Source: a virus (Duplodnaviria > Heunggongvirae > Uroviricota > Caudoviricetes). Taken from it: a DNA stretch of 64,000 nucleotides. The position numbers were made by a program, and so were the translations under genes. The DNA lies in IMG/VR virus record IMGVR_UViG_3300026549_000001, positions 186,569 through 250,568 of that record. One strand, given 5' to 3'. Each line of letters opens with the position of its first letter. The first letter of the stretch is position 1. The notes below the pieces were generated by a model. The model ran no database searches and had not been told where the DNA came from. It saw only the letters and a list, made by a program, of their open reading frames with translations. Shown here in pieces: positions 39,429 through 49,767 of this stretch.

Positions 39429-40309
39429 TACTTCCCATACCTCTCTATTAATTCTTGCATATACTCTTCTAATTCTTTAATATCCCATATTTGTTTGTAA
39501 TTGAGATTATTTTGAAGTGCTATATTATATTTGTTTACATCTGCCACCGTCCACACTTCTATAACCTTATCATAAAATTTACTCTGTTTTGATTTAAATT
39601 CATTTAATTGTCTGATGTCATTAGGGTTACTTTTATTAAAGTTATGATGATTGTGTGTGGGATGTAAATTTAACTCAATAAATAAATCTAATGGTTTTAT
39701 ATAAAAATCACAATGAAACGGATACCTTTCATCCGCATTATACTCTCTTTTTATATCTTCTCTCTTAAAAATTGTTAAAAGAAACCTATTAAAGTCTTCT
39801 TCGGCTTTAGAAGTGTTAAATGTTCCATTATTTCTTTTAGTAGCCAATCTCTTTCTATTTGCTTCTTTTGTATGTCCATTTATTTTAGTTTTTTCCAAGT
39901 GTGTTGGGTTTTCGACCCCGTACCTTTTTAAATTGGTTTGTTTTATTTTTTCTTTAATTTCTTCGCTTTGAAAAACATTATCTACGCCGTATAATTTCCT
40001 TATACTTTCACGGTATCTTTTACTTCCAAATCTAAATGGATTTACTTCCCCATAATTCTTAATCCAAGTAGCGTCCTTTAACCGTTTTACACTTTCACTA
40101 TTATTAGAACACTTAAGACTGCAAAATTTTGTATATCCTACAAATACTCCTATAAATCTTTTCTTTTTACCACAAACAGAACAACGGCTGTCGTTTTCAG
40201 CACCTATATAAGTTTGATAATACTCTTCAGCAGATATATTATGCGCCTTTAGGTGTACCCCAAATTGTTTTTTATTTAACAGTTTTCCACATAATTCACA
40301 TTTTTCCAT
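39428..40309 (-). CDS. free-standing homing-endonuclease-like protein (N-terminal C2H2-type Zn finger, tandem YGV(x)N repeats, C-terminal nuclease-like domain)
   Basis: CELCGK...H...H; LYGVDNVFQ / RYGVENPT repeats; paralog of the split gene at 9237..11563; sits immediately upstream of the topoisomerase gene. Confidence 0.5.
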   Translation of the reverse strand: MEKCELCGKLLNKKQFGVHLKAHNISAEEYYQTYIGAENDSRCSVCGKKKRFIGVFVGYTKFCSLKCSNNSESVKRLKDATWIKNYGEVNPFRFGSKRYRESIRKLYGVDNVFQSEEIKEKIKQTNLKRYGVENPTHLEKTKINGHTKEANRKRLATKRNNGTFNTSKAEEDFNRFLLTIFKREDIKREYNADERYPFHCDFYIKPLDLFIELNLHPTHNHHNFNKSNPNDIRQLNEFKSKQSKFYDKVIEVWTVADVNKYNIALQNNLNYKQIWDIKELEEYMQELIERYGK

Positions 40310-40468
40310 ATAATTTATCCTTTCCGTAATAAGAATAATTTAATTGTGGCTTAATTGTTACGGCAATTATTCTCTCATTGACTCGCGACTTTCAATGCTA
40401 CCCACAACTAAATATAATTTAGCCACCAATTTACCTCCACAACTATATATAATTATTTGTTATCTCTA

Positions 40469-40951
40469 CTATTTGCTATACCTGTTGGCAATACCACTTG
40501 CTGTCGAACTATATGGTTTAATATTGCAAGTATATCCCATACTTTGCACCCACCCAACTATTTCAGGAATAAGTTGGTTAGTATTGCCATTATGTCCTAT
40601 GTCACAATGTATTGCAAAAGTAATATTGTAGTTTTCTAATTTATCAATCTTTTCTATCTCTGTTAAGAGCTTATCGGACAGTTCTAAACTGCGATTAGTT
40701 TCTTCGTGTATCTTTGTACGCAAATCCGAAATGCGAGATACAAATTCAGAACAGTAAAAATATATACCACCACTACCAATACGATGGACAGAAATTACTT
40801 CTACTATTTTTGTCCTGTCGTGGTTTTGGCTGTCTGTTCCAACCGTTATTGAGTAATCTTTATAAGGTTGAGCCTGTATAAAACTAATAATTTTTTCTGC
40901 AACTTGGGAAAGAGTTACTATATCGCCATTCGGTCTTTTAAAATGTTTCAT
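40469..40951 (-). CDS. RNase H-like fold protein (DUF458/YkuK-like)
   Basis: ITVGTDSQ...VISVHRIGSGG motif. Confidence 0.35.
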   Translation of the reverse strand: MKHFKRPNGDIVTLSQVAEKIISFIQAQPYKDYSITVGTDSQNHDRTKIVEVISVHRIGSGGIYFYCSEFVSRISDLRTKIHEETNRSLELSDKLLTEIEKIDKLENYNITFAIHCDIGHNGNTNQLIPEIVGWVQSMGYTCNIKPYSSTASGIANRYSK

Positions 40952-41084
40952 ATTATTTCCCCTTTAAGTTGTATGTGCAACGCATAACCTTAAATGCTTC
41001 GCAATCGCATTATAGCACACGAAGCAAAGATTGTCAATAGATAGAAAACAATCTTCTTTCTCTCATTATTAAATAATCTCTTTT

Positions 41085-42407
41085 TTAGTACACGATTACA
41101 GGTAGCCCTTTGTAAATATTATTAAAGATTTTTTCTGCATTAGCAAAAGGAGTATTTATACACCCATGAGAACCATTAGTTTTATAGATATTACCGCCAA
41201 AATAATATCTCCAAGTAGCATCGTGGATAGCAATTCCTGTCCAAGTAAGGCGCATAAAATATGAACAATCTGATGTACCATAAGAACCTTTCATTGTGTA
41301 ATCTTTTGACATCTGAAGGATTTGAAATAGTCCTTTTGGGGTGTTCATATTTGCCGAAACATTTCCTGTAACAATTGGAGTGTCTACTATACACTTGCCG
41401 TTTTTATATAACCACATCCTTTGGTTATCTATACTAATTTCAATATAAGAATTTCCTATGTCGGATTTACCAAAAGAGAATCCTTTGGATATAAACGGAA
41501 CTTCAATTACACCGCTTTCCGCATTATGAATATGCTTATAAATCTTTTCAGACAATGCATCTATGTCTATTTCCCATCCGAAAATAGTATTATCAAATGG
41601 TTTGACTTTTATCTCTGTATTATAAGAAGTCTTAAAAGTTCTTGTAGTTCCTTTAGTGTTATATTGTTTAAGAGTTTCTATATATTCTTGTATAGAAGTA
41701 AAATCAATTCCATCTAATGTATATGTTCTCAATATAATCTCTTGTGGTATAGTTATAATATATTCTTCGGAAAACTGTAAATTAATGGTCGTATCTAACT
41801 GATGATTTATCTTTTCAACTTTATCAATTAAGTTGCCTGTTGTAATTTGCGGCAGAATATAACAGTCTGTAATGTCCATATTATAACAGGATTGTTGTAA
41901 ATTATCTAATACAGATAATTTGAATTTATGTTTATCTATCTGTGTACCATACTTTTCTGCTATTACAACATATTTTCCATCTACGAAATCAATATAAGCA
42001 TCTTCTGAAACAACATTCGTATTCAGTTGATTATACACATTTTCAATAAACGAATTAAAAGAATTGTGGTCTAATTCAAGGTGAGGTATTCTAACAATAT
42101 GTTGAGGAATGAGAAAGTAGTTAAACCAATAGTAAGGATTATATTCTTCTATTTGGTTATCCATAGAATCATATAGTCCACACTCTTTAAAAGATTTAGT
42201 TATTCCATTAATGGTTATAGCTCTATGTGCTGTTTCATTTTCAAAATCGGCAATAACTTCTTGTGGGGTTAGATTAGTTACTTTCCTATCATTAATATAA
42301 AAATTAGGGGGATATACTTTTGTATATTTTTGTACCATAATAAAATATAAAGCTATACAAAGAGTTACAATACTTATTAAGATTATTACTACTTTTTTCA
42401 TTCTCAT
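41085..42407 (-). CDS. membrane-anchored L,D-transpeptidase (YkuD) domain protein
   Basis: N-terminal TM; C-terminal H...GSHGCINTP catalytic motif. Confidence 0.6.
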   Translation of the reverse strand: MRMKKVVIILISIVTLCIALYFIMVQKYTKVYPPNFYINDRKVTNLTPQEVIADFENETAHRAITINGITKSFKECGLYDSMDNQIEEYNPYYWFNYFLIPQHIVRIPHLELDHNSFNSFIENVYNQLNTNVVSEDAYIDFVDGKYVVIAEKYGTQIDKHKFKLSVLDNLQQSCYNMDITDCYILPQITTGNLIDKVEKINHQLDTTINLQFSEEYIITIPQEIILRTYTLDGIDFTSIQEYIETLKQYNTKGTTRTFKTSYNTEIKVKPFDNTIFGWEIDIDALSEKIYKHIHNAESGVIEVPFISKGFSFGKSDIGNSYIEISIDNQRMWLYKNGKCIVDTPIVTGNVSANMNTPKGLFQILQMSKDYTMKGSYGTSDCSYFMRLTWTGIAIHDATWRYYFGGNIYKTNGSHGCINTPFANAEKIFNNIYKGLPVIVY

Positions 42408-42428
42408 TCCCTCTAATATAATTTATTG

Positions 42429-43382
42429 TTATCTATATACAATCATTTCACTAATTTGAATATATCTTTCTGATACGGTATGTCCTACATTTAAGTAATG
42501 TTCTACTCGTTCTCCATTCCTTGTCATATATAAGGAATCAAATATGAATATATCATTATTAGAGATGCTTCTATTTTTATCAACAGCAACCCAATGATGT
42601 GGATTAGGTCTATATGGTGTTCTCACATGGAGTAATAAAGAATATCCATCATTTAGATATTGTATAATCTCATTTCGTATATTACTGTGAGTATAATTAT
42701 CAGCTAAATTATCATTATTTATAGTTGCCGTTTCCCCAATTATATTGAACTGTGGTCTACCAATATATTCCAAATTATCAAATACATTAGCGGCTCTTGA
42801 AAAATAAATACTACCATTAGAAGATAACCCAGATGGAGAGAGGTTGCGTAGTCGCTCAACCATTACAGGAGGAGTAAAGTTTTGAGCATCTATTAAATGT
42901 TTTTGTATACATATTTTACCCCAAGAGATAATAGCACAACCATAATTGGCAAAAGTATTACCCCCTCCTAATTCTATTTCTCCCCAATTATAATTAGTAG
43001 TGCTTGACTGCGCCCAACTTTGCCAAGATGTATCTTCATAAGTTTCGGGTACTACTATAGTGATATATTGAGCAGATACATACCCAATAGTATTATTATA
43101 CTTAATTTGATACCACCCATTTTGTGTACCAACTAAAACATCTACCAATGTGCCGTAAGTTAAAACATCTATAATGGGATAATCTGTTGAAGCTCCAGTT
43201 CTAAAATTTAGTCGAGCAACATTTACTGTTCCTTGTAGTGGTGTTACAATTCTCTTTACAGGAGAATCTTTTGGAGCGGCTAATGCTGTTCCTGTTATAC
43301 ACATACAAATCAATATAGTCGTTATAATAAGTAATAATTTCTTTTTCATTCTGTAATTCCTTCTTGTATGGAAATAGACCAC
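42429..43382 (-). CDS. secreted SH3b-domain protein with C-terminal Cys/His peptidase-like domain
   Basis: signal peptide; SH3b LNFRTGASTDYPIIDVLTYGTLVDVL...NGWYQIKYNNTIGYVSAQYI; NYGCAIISWG...HHWVAV. Confidence 0.5.
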   Translation of the reverse strand: MVYFHTRRNYRMKKKLLLIITTILICMCITGTALAAPKDSPVKRIVTPLQGTVNVARLNFRTGASTDYPIIDVLTYGTLVDVLVGTQNGWYQIKYNNTIGYVSAQYITIVVPETYEDTSWQSWAQSSTTNYNWGEIELGGGNTFANYGCAIISWGKICIQKHLIDAQNFTPPVMVERLRNLSPSGLSSNGSIYFSRAANVFDNLEYIGRPQFNIIGETATINNDNLADNYTHSNIRNEIIQYLNDGYSLLLHVRTPYRPNPHHWVAVDKNRSISNNDIFIFDSLYMTRNGERVEHYLNVGHTVSERYIQISEMIVYR

Positions 43383-43405
43383 AAGATGCAGTCTATTCCT
43401 AAAAA

Positions 43406-44785
43406 TTATTTATTTTTTATAATATTATCGGCAACATATAACCCACTTGCGGATGCGTGAGCAAGCGAATGAGTTACCCCACTTCCGTCACCAATAAAGT
43501 ATAATCCCTTAATACAGCTTTCCAAATTGTTGTCTAATTGAACCGTTGTATCATACAGCTTTTCTTCTACTCCATATAAAAGCGTATCATCATTAGCTGT
43601 GCCTGGGGCAACATTATTTAACGCATAAATCATTTCAATAATATCATCAAGTATTCTTTTTGGTAATACTAATGATAAATCTCCCGCAGTTGCTTGTAGT
43701 GTGGGAATAACTGTATTTTGATTCAGACGATGTTCATTTGTTCTTCGCCCACGGATTAAATCACCAAATCTTTGAACGATTACGCCGTTACCTAACATAT
43801 TAGACAGCTTAATTATAGACTGTCCATATTCAATAGAATTATTAAACGGTTCAGTCAGCTTCATTGATACCAATAAAGCAAAATTAGTATTATTTGTTTT
43901 CCTCTTGTCATCATGATAAGAATGCCCATTAACCGTAATAAGCCCATTAGTATTTTCTGTAACAACTTCTCCACGCGGATTCATACAGAATGTACGGACT
44001 AAATCTTCATAGGTTTTAGTTCTATATACAATTTTACCCTCATATAGTTCATCTGTAATGTGGGCAAAAACTTCATACGGCAGTTCAACCCTTACCCCAA
44101 TATTTATCTTGTTGGAAGTTGTAGGAATATTTCTTCTTTTACACAGTTCCTTTACCCAATGACTTCCACTTCTCCCTGCGGCTACTATTACAAAATCACT
44201 ATGATAGGTTTGTTTATCAGTAGTTACAGCAAAATTGCCTTTTTCACCAACAACATCAATAACGGTTTCATTACAGAAAATATCCACACCGTTATTTATA
44301 AGAGTGGTTCTCATTTCTTGCAAAAGCACAGCATTAAGGTCTGTACCGAAATGCCTTATGTTTGCCGAAAGTAGGCGCATATTATTTTGCTTACATACTG
44401 TAGAAAAGGTGTTCCCTGATGTCGTATATTCCTTTACATCTCTATTCACTAATCCCATATTGATTTTATCAACAACATCCATTAAATCAAGAGCGGTTGA
44501 ATTTCCAACATATTCATAGAGAGTTCCACCATAATCATTTGTTTTAATAAACTTCCCATCAGAGAAAGCCCCTGCACCGCCAAACCCACTCATAATAGAG
44601 CAATTTGGACGGCACTTTACACAATGCTTTTTTTCATCACTACCAATAGGGCAATATCTACTATCTAAATCCTTGCCCTTTTCCACAATTGCAATTTTGA
44701 AATTTTTACAAAGGGTAGAAAGTCGATAAGCGGCATAAAGCCCACCAGGACCCCCACCAACAATAAGCACATCGTATTTATTCAT
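43406..44785 (-). CDS. FAD-dependent oxidoreductase (COG2509-like)
   Basis: Rossmann YDVLIVGGGPGGLYAA; SGFGGAGAFSDGKF. Confidence 0.6.
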   Translation of the reverse strand: MNKYDVLIVGGGPGGLYAAYRLSTLCKNFKIAIVEKGKDLDSRYCPIGSDEKKHCVKCRPNCSIMSGFGGAGAFSDGKFIKTNDYGGTLYEYVGNSTALDLMDVVDKINMGLVNRDVKEYTTSGNTFSTVCKQNNMRLLSANIRHFGTDLNAVLLQEMRTTLINNGVDIFCNETVIDVVGEKGNFAVTTDKQTYHSDFVIVAAGRSGSHWVKELCKRRNIPTTSNKINIGVRVELPYEVFAHITDELYEGKIVYRTKTYEDLVRTFCMNPRGEVVTENTNGLITVNGHSYHDDKRKTNNTNFALLVSMKLTEPFNNSIEYGQSIIKLSNMLGNGVIVQRFGDLIRGRRTNEHRLNQNTVIPTLQATAGDLSLVLPKRILDDIIEMIYALNNVAPGTANDDTLLYGVEEKLYDTTVQLDNNLESCIKGLYFIGDGSGVTHSLAHASASGLYVADNIIKNK

Positions 44786-44826
44786 AATTTCCTCACATTA
44801 GCTTTCTATATATATTTAGGGGTAGT

Positions 44827-45201
44827 TTAGAACTCCCATCTATATCGTTTTTGATGTTTCCTATGATATACACCCTGTTTAATTTCTACTTCTTGACATT
44901 TATACTCATGAATAACTGTTCCCCACCATGTCCACATATCATCATCGGTCATAGTCTGCAAATCCTTATCAGTAATAGATACTTGTGTTCTATAAATATA
45001 ATAGTGGTCTTTTCCATCAAACTCCAATCTATTCATTCCTATATCAGACATAAGTTTTCTTAAAGAACTCTTATCCATATTACGAATAGTGTCAAAGGAA
45101 TACTCTTGTCTATGAAATCCAACATATATACTCTCGAAATCTCTACAAATTTCTGCTAACATATTATTATCTTCCCGTATATTTGTTTTGTGGAACATCA
45201 T
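44827..45201 (-). CDS. hypothetical protein
   Basis: 124-aa ORF. Confidence 0.4.
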   Translation of the reverse strand: MMFHKTNIREDNNMLAEICRDFESIYVGFHRQEYSFDTIRNMDKSSLRKLMSDIGMNRLEFDGKDHYYIYRTQVSITDKDLQTMTDDDMWTWWGTVIHEYKCQEVEIKQGVYHRKHQKRYRWEF

Positions 45202-45523
45202 ATAGAATATATCCTATATAAATTTTATTATTTTCCCAATCTATAATTCTATATTCGTGTGGCGAAACAATTATTTCCATTTCAAGTCTATCAAAGAATA
45301 GACAATGCTCATTAAAACAATCAACCATCTGTTGTGGGGATATATTATCGAAATTATTCTCCTCCCAATCTTCTGCGGGAGTATATCTTTTCAACAACTC
45401 ATATACATTGTGCGCTAACTGTTTTTGAGCATCTTCTATTGCCTTGTATTCAAAGGAATTATGAAGTGCTTTATTATTCCAATAATCAATAGAGTATACT
45501 ACAAGTTTCATTTCACACCTCAA
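45167..45523 (-). CDS. hypothetical protein
   Basis: 118-aa ORF. Confidence 0.4.
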   Translation of the reverse strand: MRCEMKLVVYSIDYWNNKALHNSFEYKAIEDAQKQLAHNVYELLKRYTPAEDWEENNFDNISPQQMVDCFNEHCLFFDRLEMEIIVSPHEYRIIDWENNKIYIGYILYDVPQNKYTGR

Positions 45524-45648
45524 AAGCTAATAACAAAAGTTGTAACCAAACTATATATTTTATAACCCCACCAACAAAGAAGGGCTGTGGCTACTATGCC
45601 CATAAGAATTGCAATGATGGTTACTGTTTTAATAAAAAACATTCTCAT
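45520..45648 (-). CDS. small hydrophobic peptide (~42 aa; not in ORF track)
   Basis: MRMFFIKTVTIIAILMGIVATALLCWWGYKIY...; GAGGGG RBS; consensus promoter at 45668-45696. Confidence 0.3.
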   Translation of the reverse strand: MRMFFIKTVTIIAILMGIVATALLCWWGYKIYSLVTTFVISF

Positions 45649-45667
45649 TTTATTTTCCCCTCTATCA

Positions 45668-45696
45668 ATTATATCATAAAATGATTTATCTGTCAA
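45668..45696 (-). promoter_or_regulatory. sigma-A-type promoter TTGACA-17-TATAAT (minus)
   Basis: tgtcaa 45691-45696; attata 45668-45673. Confidence 0.5.
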
Positions 45697-45742
45697 TATA
45701 AAAGGAGTGGAGAATAACCACTCCTTGATAATATATTATGTT

Positions 45743-46612
45743 TTATTCCCCGTAAAGGATTTTTGCAATTACGCTATCCTTGTTTAATAGAATAGTTGTG
45801 TCATCATTCATTGCTGAAACAAACATATCAAGGGAACGCAAGAATTCATAGAAATCTGCTTCTTCTTCGGTATTGTATGCCTCTGCGAGAATCTTCATGT
45901 ATTCTGCTTCGGCAGTTGCCAGTTTAATTGCGCTTTCCTTTTCAGCATCAGCGATAAGAATTTTTACTTCCTTATTAGTTTCATTCTTAATCTTTTGAGC
46001 TTCCGCATTTCCCTCTGCGGTATATGCGGCGGCAATATTGTTTCTCTCTGAAATCATACGCGCATACATAGCATCTTTATTATCTTCGGGTAGGTCAAGA
46101 GATTTTATTTCAGCAGTAAGAACAACAATTCCGTATTCACCAATGTCACTATTTGCGGCTTCGGTAAGCATTGATGTAAGTCGTTCACCACGAGCTTCAA
46201 TAACTTCTTCTTGTGTCATTGAAGATATAACGGTCTTTAGTCCATTATATACTGCGGCTTCAATGCGTTCTTCCGCACGAGGCACAGCGGCATCCAATGT
46301 TCTAATGAACTTGGTAGGGTCTGTAACCTTCCAAAGCACATAGTTATCGGCAATCATACTCTTCTTATCGGAAGTTATAACATCCGAAAGGGGAACATCG
46401 TATAGGTGTGTCTTCATCGAGATTTTTTGAACATTCTGAATAAAGGGCTTTCTGAAGTGTAGTCCTGTTTCAGCTTCAACACTTACAATCTTTCCGAATT
46501 CCCTTACAACCGCATACTCATTAAGATTAACGGTATATATAGAGGTAAGCGCGGTAATAAGTCCTATAACAAAAAGTACGCTTATTGAAACAATTATGAT
46601 TATCTTTTTCAT
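45743..46612 (-). CDS. SPFH/band-7 protein (HflC-like)
   Basis: N-terminal TM + SPFH domain YAVVREFGKIVSVEAETGLHFRKPFIQ. Confidence 0.65.
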   Translation of the reverse strand: MKKIIIIVSISVLFVIGLITALTSIYTVNLNEYAVVREFGKIVSVEAETGLHFRKPFIQNVQKISMKTHLYDVPLSDVITSDKKSMIADNYVLWKVTDPTKFIRTLDAAVPRAEERIEAAVYNGLKTVISSMTQEEVIEARGERLTSMLTEAANSDIGEYGIVVLTAEIKSLDLPEDNKDAMYARMISERNNIAAAYTAEGNAEAQKIKNETNKEVKILIADAEKESAIKLATAEAEYMKILAEAYNTEEEADFYEFLRSLDMFVSAMNDDTTILLNKDSVIAKILYGE

Positions 46613-47643
46613 TATTCAATACCTCCGTTACCGTTAATATTTACAAACTGTTCAATAGGATATACACTTTGAGTGTTTCCATCTGTTATAATGATTTTTA
46701 CCCCTTTTGCCATAGCCTTTTCAATGGCTTCATACAGTAGCCTGTTTTTTGTGGTGAGGGGGTTATTCTTATACTCTGCAAACATTTCAAGAAATCTTGC
46801 TACCTGTCCTTCTGCTTCAGCAATTCGCGCCTGTGCATTTGCTTCTGCTTCTTGTAGAATTGCATCGGCACGAGCCTGTGCATTGGGTAGCTGTTCGTTT
46901 TGGTATCTCTTGGCTTCATTGATGGCGGTTTCCTTACCTTGCTTTGCAGATTCAACCGCCTTGAACGCTACCTTAATAGCATCAGTAGGGGGTTCAGCAT
47001 CCTGCACCATAATATTTACAAGATGTAAACCTACATCCTTATTAGCTAATTCGGTTTGAATTTTTTCCTTTACTTCGGCTTGTATGCTTGACTTTGCTGT
47101 AGTCATAGCTTCATCAACAGTATAATCAATAACTGTGGAGCGAATAGCCGCAAGTGCTATATTTTTAAGGGTTATTTCAGGACTATCATACGCAATAAAC
47201 GCCAAAGGATTAGACACTCGATATTCCATATAGAAATCAATGTCGATTAAGTTGTAGTCCTTTGTTATCATAATGCCCTCGGTATCAACAGTAAAGGTTT
47301 GTCCATCATTAGTAACAACATACCCTATGCCTGTACCGTGAACAGTTGTATCAATTTTCTTGACTTTCTGAATAAACGGAATTTTGAAATACATACCCGC
47401 AGTATCGGTACGCACATATTTACCCATTTGAGTAACAATTGCGGTTTGCTGTTCTCCTACTCGGTAGAACGAACCAAAAACAACTGTGAGTACAATAAAG
47501 GCTATCATTCCATAAAAACAGATACGCCTTGCAATTGGGTATTCTTCTCCCCAATAACTTTCGGTAATCTTGGTGGCTATCAATCCGATAAGTCCACCGA
47601 TGGCAATTACAAGACAAATAATACTTAATGCGTTCATTTTCAA
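46612..47643 (-). CDS. SPFH/band-7 protein (HflK-like)
   Basis: TM + SPFH AIVTQMGKYVRTDTAGMYFKIPFIQKV; coiled-coil tail. Confidence 0.65.
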   Translation of the reverse strand: MKMNALSIICLVIAIGGLIGLIATKITESYWGEEYPIARRICFYGMIAFIVLTVVFGSFYRVGEQQTAIVTQMGKYVRTDTAGMYFKIPFIQKVKKIDTTVHGTGIGYVVTNDGQTFTVDTEGIMITKDYNLIDIDFYMEYRVSNPLAFIAYDSPEITLKNIALAAIRSTVIDYTVDEAMTTAKSSIQAEVKEKIQTELANKDVGLHLVNIMVQDAEPPTDAIKVAFKAVESAKQGKETAINEAKRYQNEQLPNAQARADAILQEAEANAQARIAEAEGQVARFLEMFAEYKNNPLTTKNRLLYEAIEKAMAKGVKIIITDGNTQSVYPIEQFVNINGNGGIE

Positions 47644-47649
47644 ACTCCT

Positions 47650-47925
47650 TTATTCTTCTATTGTGAGTTCCCACCAATTTGTTTTTGGTGTTTCTTTTTC
47701 TTCTATATTAATATGTGACATATTATCAAGCACCCATTGATAGTAGGAAATCATTACTCCCGCGCAAATTCCTACAGGAATAAGAATTGCAAGGGAAATA
47801 ATTGTAGCGGTCAAAGTTATTGCTTCGGCTTCGGAGAGCTTTACGGTCAAATAGCCGCCAATCATGCTTATTGCGGCAAGCCACCAAGCAATAGACTTTT
47901 TCGTAGAAATAATCTTGCGATTCAT
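47650..47925 (-). CDS. small membrane protein
   Basis: 91 aa, 2-3 TM; promoter TTGACA-16-TATAAT at 47959-47986. Confidence 0.4.
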   Translation of the reverse strand: MNRKIISTKKSIAWWLAAISMIGGYLTVKLSEAEAITLTATIISLAILIPVGICAGVMISYYQWVLDNMSHINIEEKETPKTNWWELTIEE

Positions 47926-48013
47926 AGTTTGAATTCCTTTCTATTATTTAATATGCTTATTATATCAAATAAACTGAACTTGTCAATAGTTTTAAACTAT
48001 ATATTTTTACTAA

Positions 48014-49273
48014 CTATTCATCAATTACCGCTCCAAGCGGAGAGTGACTAAATCTAAAAGTTTTGTAATTTATCTTTTCTTTATTCCACTCAATCCATCT
48101 TGAATACTCAATAGGAACATATTGAGTAGTTTCAGTTTCATCCACAATAACAATGTAATACTTTTCTTTTCTTATTCCTTGTTTATAATCTCCCAATTTA
48201 GGATTTGAATTTGTAACAGGAATGGTTGTTTCTTTCCAATATGGGTTTCTATCTGCCCCCTCTGTATCAAGAGAGCTTACAACTTTCCATCTGTCTATAT
48301 AGTAATAATACTTTGTTTTATAAACAGGCTCTTGTCTATAAACAGGCTCTTGGTAGGTCTCTGTTCTCGTTTCAGTTCTATATCTCGGCACTTGTACCAT
48401 TTGAGCAGTGCCATTACCGTTATCTTTATATTGAGTATCATATCCATCAAATACTCGTTCTGTATAAGTTCGAGTTTTAGTTTCATAATGGTCTAATACC
48501 GATTCGTAATGATGTATTTCCTTTGCTGAATGATGTAATCTTGCATCTGATGGCAAATACCAACCATCCTCATAGAATTCAGTATATTGTTCTACATCAA
48601 TACTTCTGTTCCAACTATATCCTGTAACAGTTGCGGTTCTTGTAATAGGAGTAAATAACCACACTAATCCCAAGATAACAACAATAGCCGCAAGTCCTAA
48701 ACCAATCGCCTTTATATTATTAGAAAAGAAATTCCTAACAGTTTTCTTAAAGGTCGATTCTTTTTTAGGAACATTGACAGGAGTTGATGGATTTATTTCA
48801 TTTGTGCCTGATATTGTGGGGGGGGGTGTATAAGATGTTATTTCCTCACAAAACCTTGATGTGCCACAATTCGGACAAACATCATCAGAATAATCTACAA
48901 CAGTATTACAGAAAGAACATTCCCAACCCTCTGTCTTTTTGGAAAAGTAATCCTTTTTTCCTCTCCCTGCGCCGCAACCAACACAGTTTATATCTTCATA
49001 TCTATTTTGATAGCCACAATAAGCGCATTCCCAATTAGGGTTGCCCTTACTTTGTACTTTAGCTATATCCGATATAATACCTTTCTCGTCAATGTGTCCA
49101 TTCTCCACATTGATTGTTCCGTTGGCAATAGCTTTTTGCACAATAGGATTATCGGGCATAAGATATTTAACTCCATTGGGAATACGACTTCCACAAGAGC
49201 AGATTCTTACATCTCCCCGATTTATCTTATTACAAGATGAACATTTCCAATAAGAATAAACTGTTGTACTCAT
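48014..49273 (-). CDS. membrane protein with N-terminal multiple zinc ribbons and extracytoplasmic C-terminal domain
   Basis: four CxxC...CxxC pairs, TM segment AIGLGLAAIVVILGLVWLF. Confidence 0.45.
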   Translation of the reverse strand: MSTTVYSYWKCSSCNKINRGDVRICSCGSRIPNGVKYLMPDNPIVQKAIANGTINVENGHIDEKGIISDIAKVQSKGNPNWECAYCGYQNRYEDINCVGCGAGRGKKDYFSKKTEGWECSFCNTVVDYSDDVCPNCGTSRFCEEITSYTPPPTISGTNEINPSTPVNVPKKESTFKKTVRNFFSNNIKAIGLGLAAIVVILGLVWLFTPITRTATVTGYSWNRSIDVEQYTEFYEDGWYLPSDARLHHSAKEIHHYESVLDHYETKTRTYTERVFDGYDTQYKDNGNGTAQMVQVPRYRTETRTETYQEPVYRQEPVYKTKYYYYIDRWKVVSSLDTEGADRNPYWKETTIPVTNSNPKLGDYKQGIRKEKYYIVIVDETETTQYVPIEYSRWIEWNKEKINYKTFRFSHSPLGAVIDE

Positions 49274-49395
49274 AGCTTGTCCTTTTCAAGATTACTTCTA
49301 TACAGAACAGATGTTACATCCTGTATATGTAAAATAATATAACACACAAAACAGATAATGTCAAGTATTTGGTACTATATATTTATTTTATAGAA

Positions 49396-49456
49396 AATAA
49401 AAAAAGAGGGCGTACAGAACTAAAATAATCAAATGTGGGTAGGGTTCTGCGCCCTC
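49396..49456 (-). terminator. rho-independent terminator (minus strand)
   Basis: 13-bp GC-rich stem GAGGGCGtaCAGAAC/GTTCTGCGCCCTC followed on minus strand by TTTTTTTATTTT. Confidence 0.6.
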
Positions 49457-49573
49457 TATATGTAAAGAGAATGAATCTCTATTATACCTACCCCCACAAG
49501 GAAGAGAATAACGCGAAGGATTTGCTACTCTCCAACCGCTATCCGTAGCAACACTTCCCGTGGGGTCAAAATT

Positions 49574-49662
49574 TGCCGTTTGATGGGACTCGAACCCACA
49601 TCGCATCAGGAGGTATTTCACCATAAAACTACTGGTGCATTTTGCCATTAAACTACAAACGA
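49574..49662 (-). ncRNA. tRNA-like element (canonical T-arm and acceptor, aberrant 9-nt anticodon loop and long variable region)
   Basis: GTGGG-TTCGAGT-CCCAT T-arm; acceptor TCGTTTG/CAAACGG; anticodon region CACCA-GTAGTTTTA-TGGTG; lies in its own promoter-to-terminator unit. Confidence 0.35.
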
Positions 49663-49767
49663 CACATTATGAGGACGGTTTTTAAGGTTTACGATTGTTG
49701 TCAACAGTTCCACGGCGAAAGTGCGGTAAGAAGAACCGTCCGAGAAAACTTCTCACCTGATGTTTAT

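Noticed and set aside
49388-49648. 86-aa minus-strand ORF; also considered whether the region is a tmRNA
   Set aside because: The ORF spans the terminator hairpin and the tRNA-like element, with no RBS. The tmRNA idea is rejected because the T-arm is internal rather than 3'-terminal, there is no tag-peptide frame, and total length is too short.
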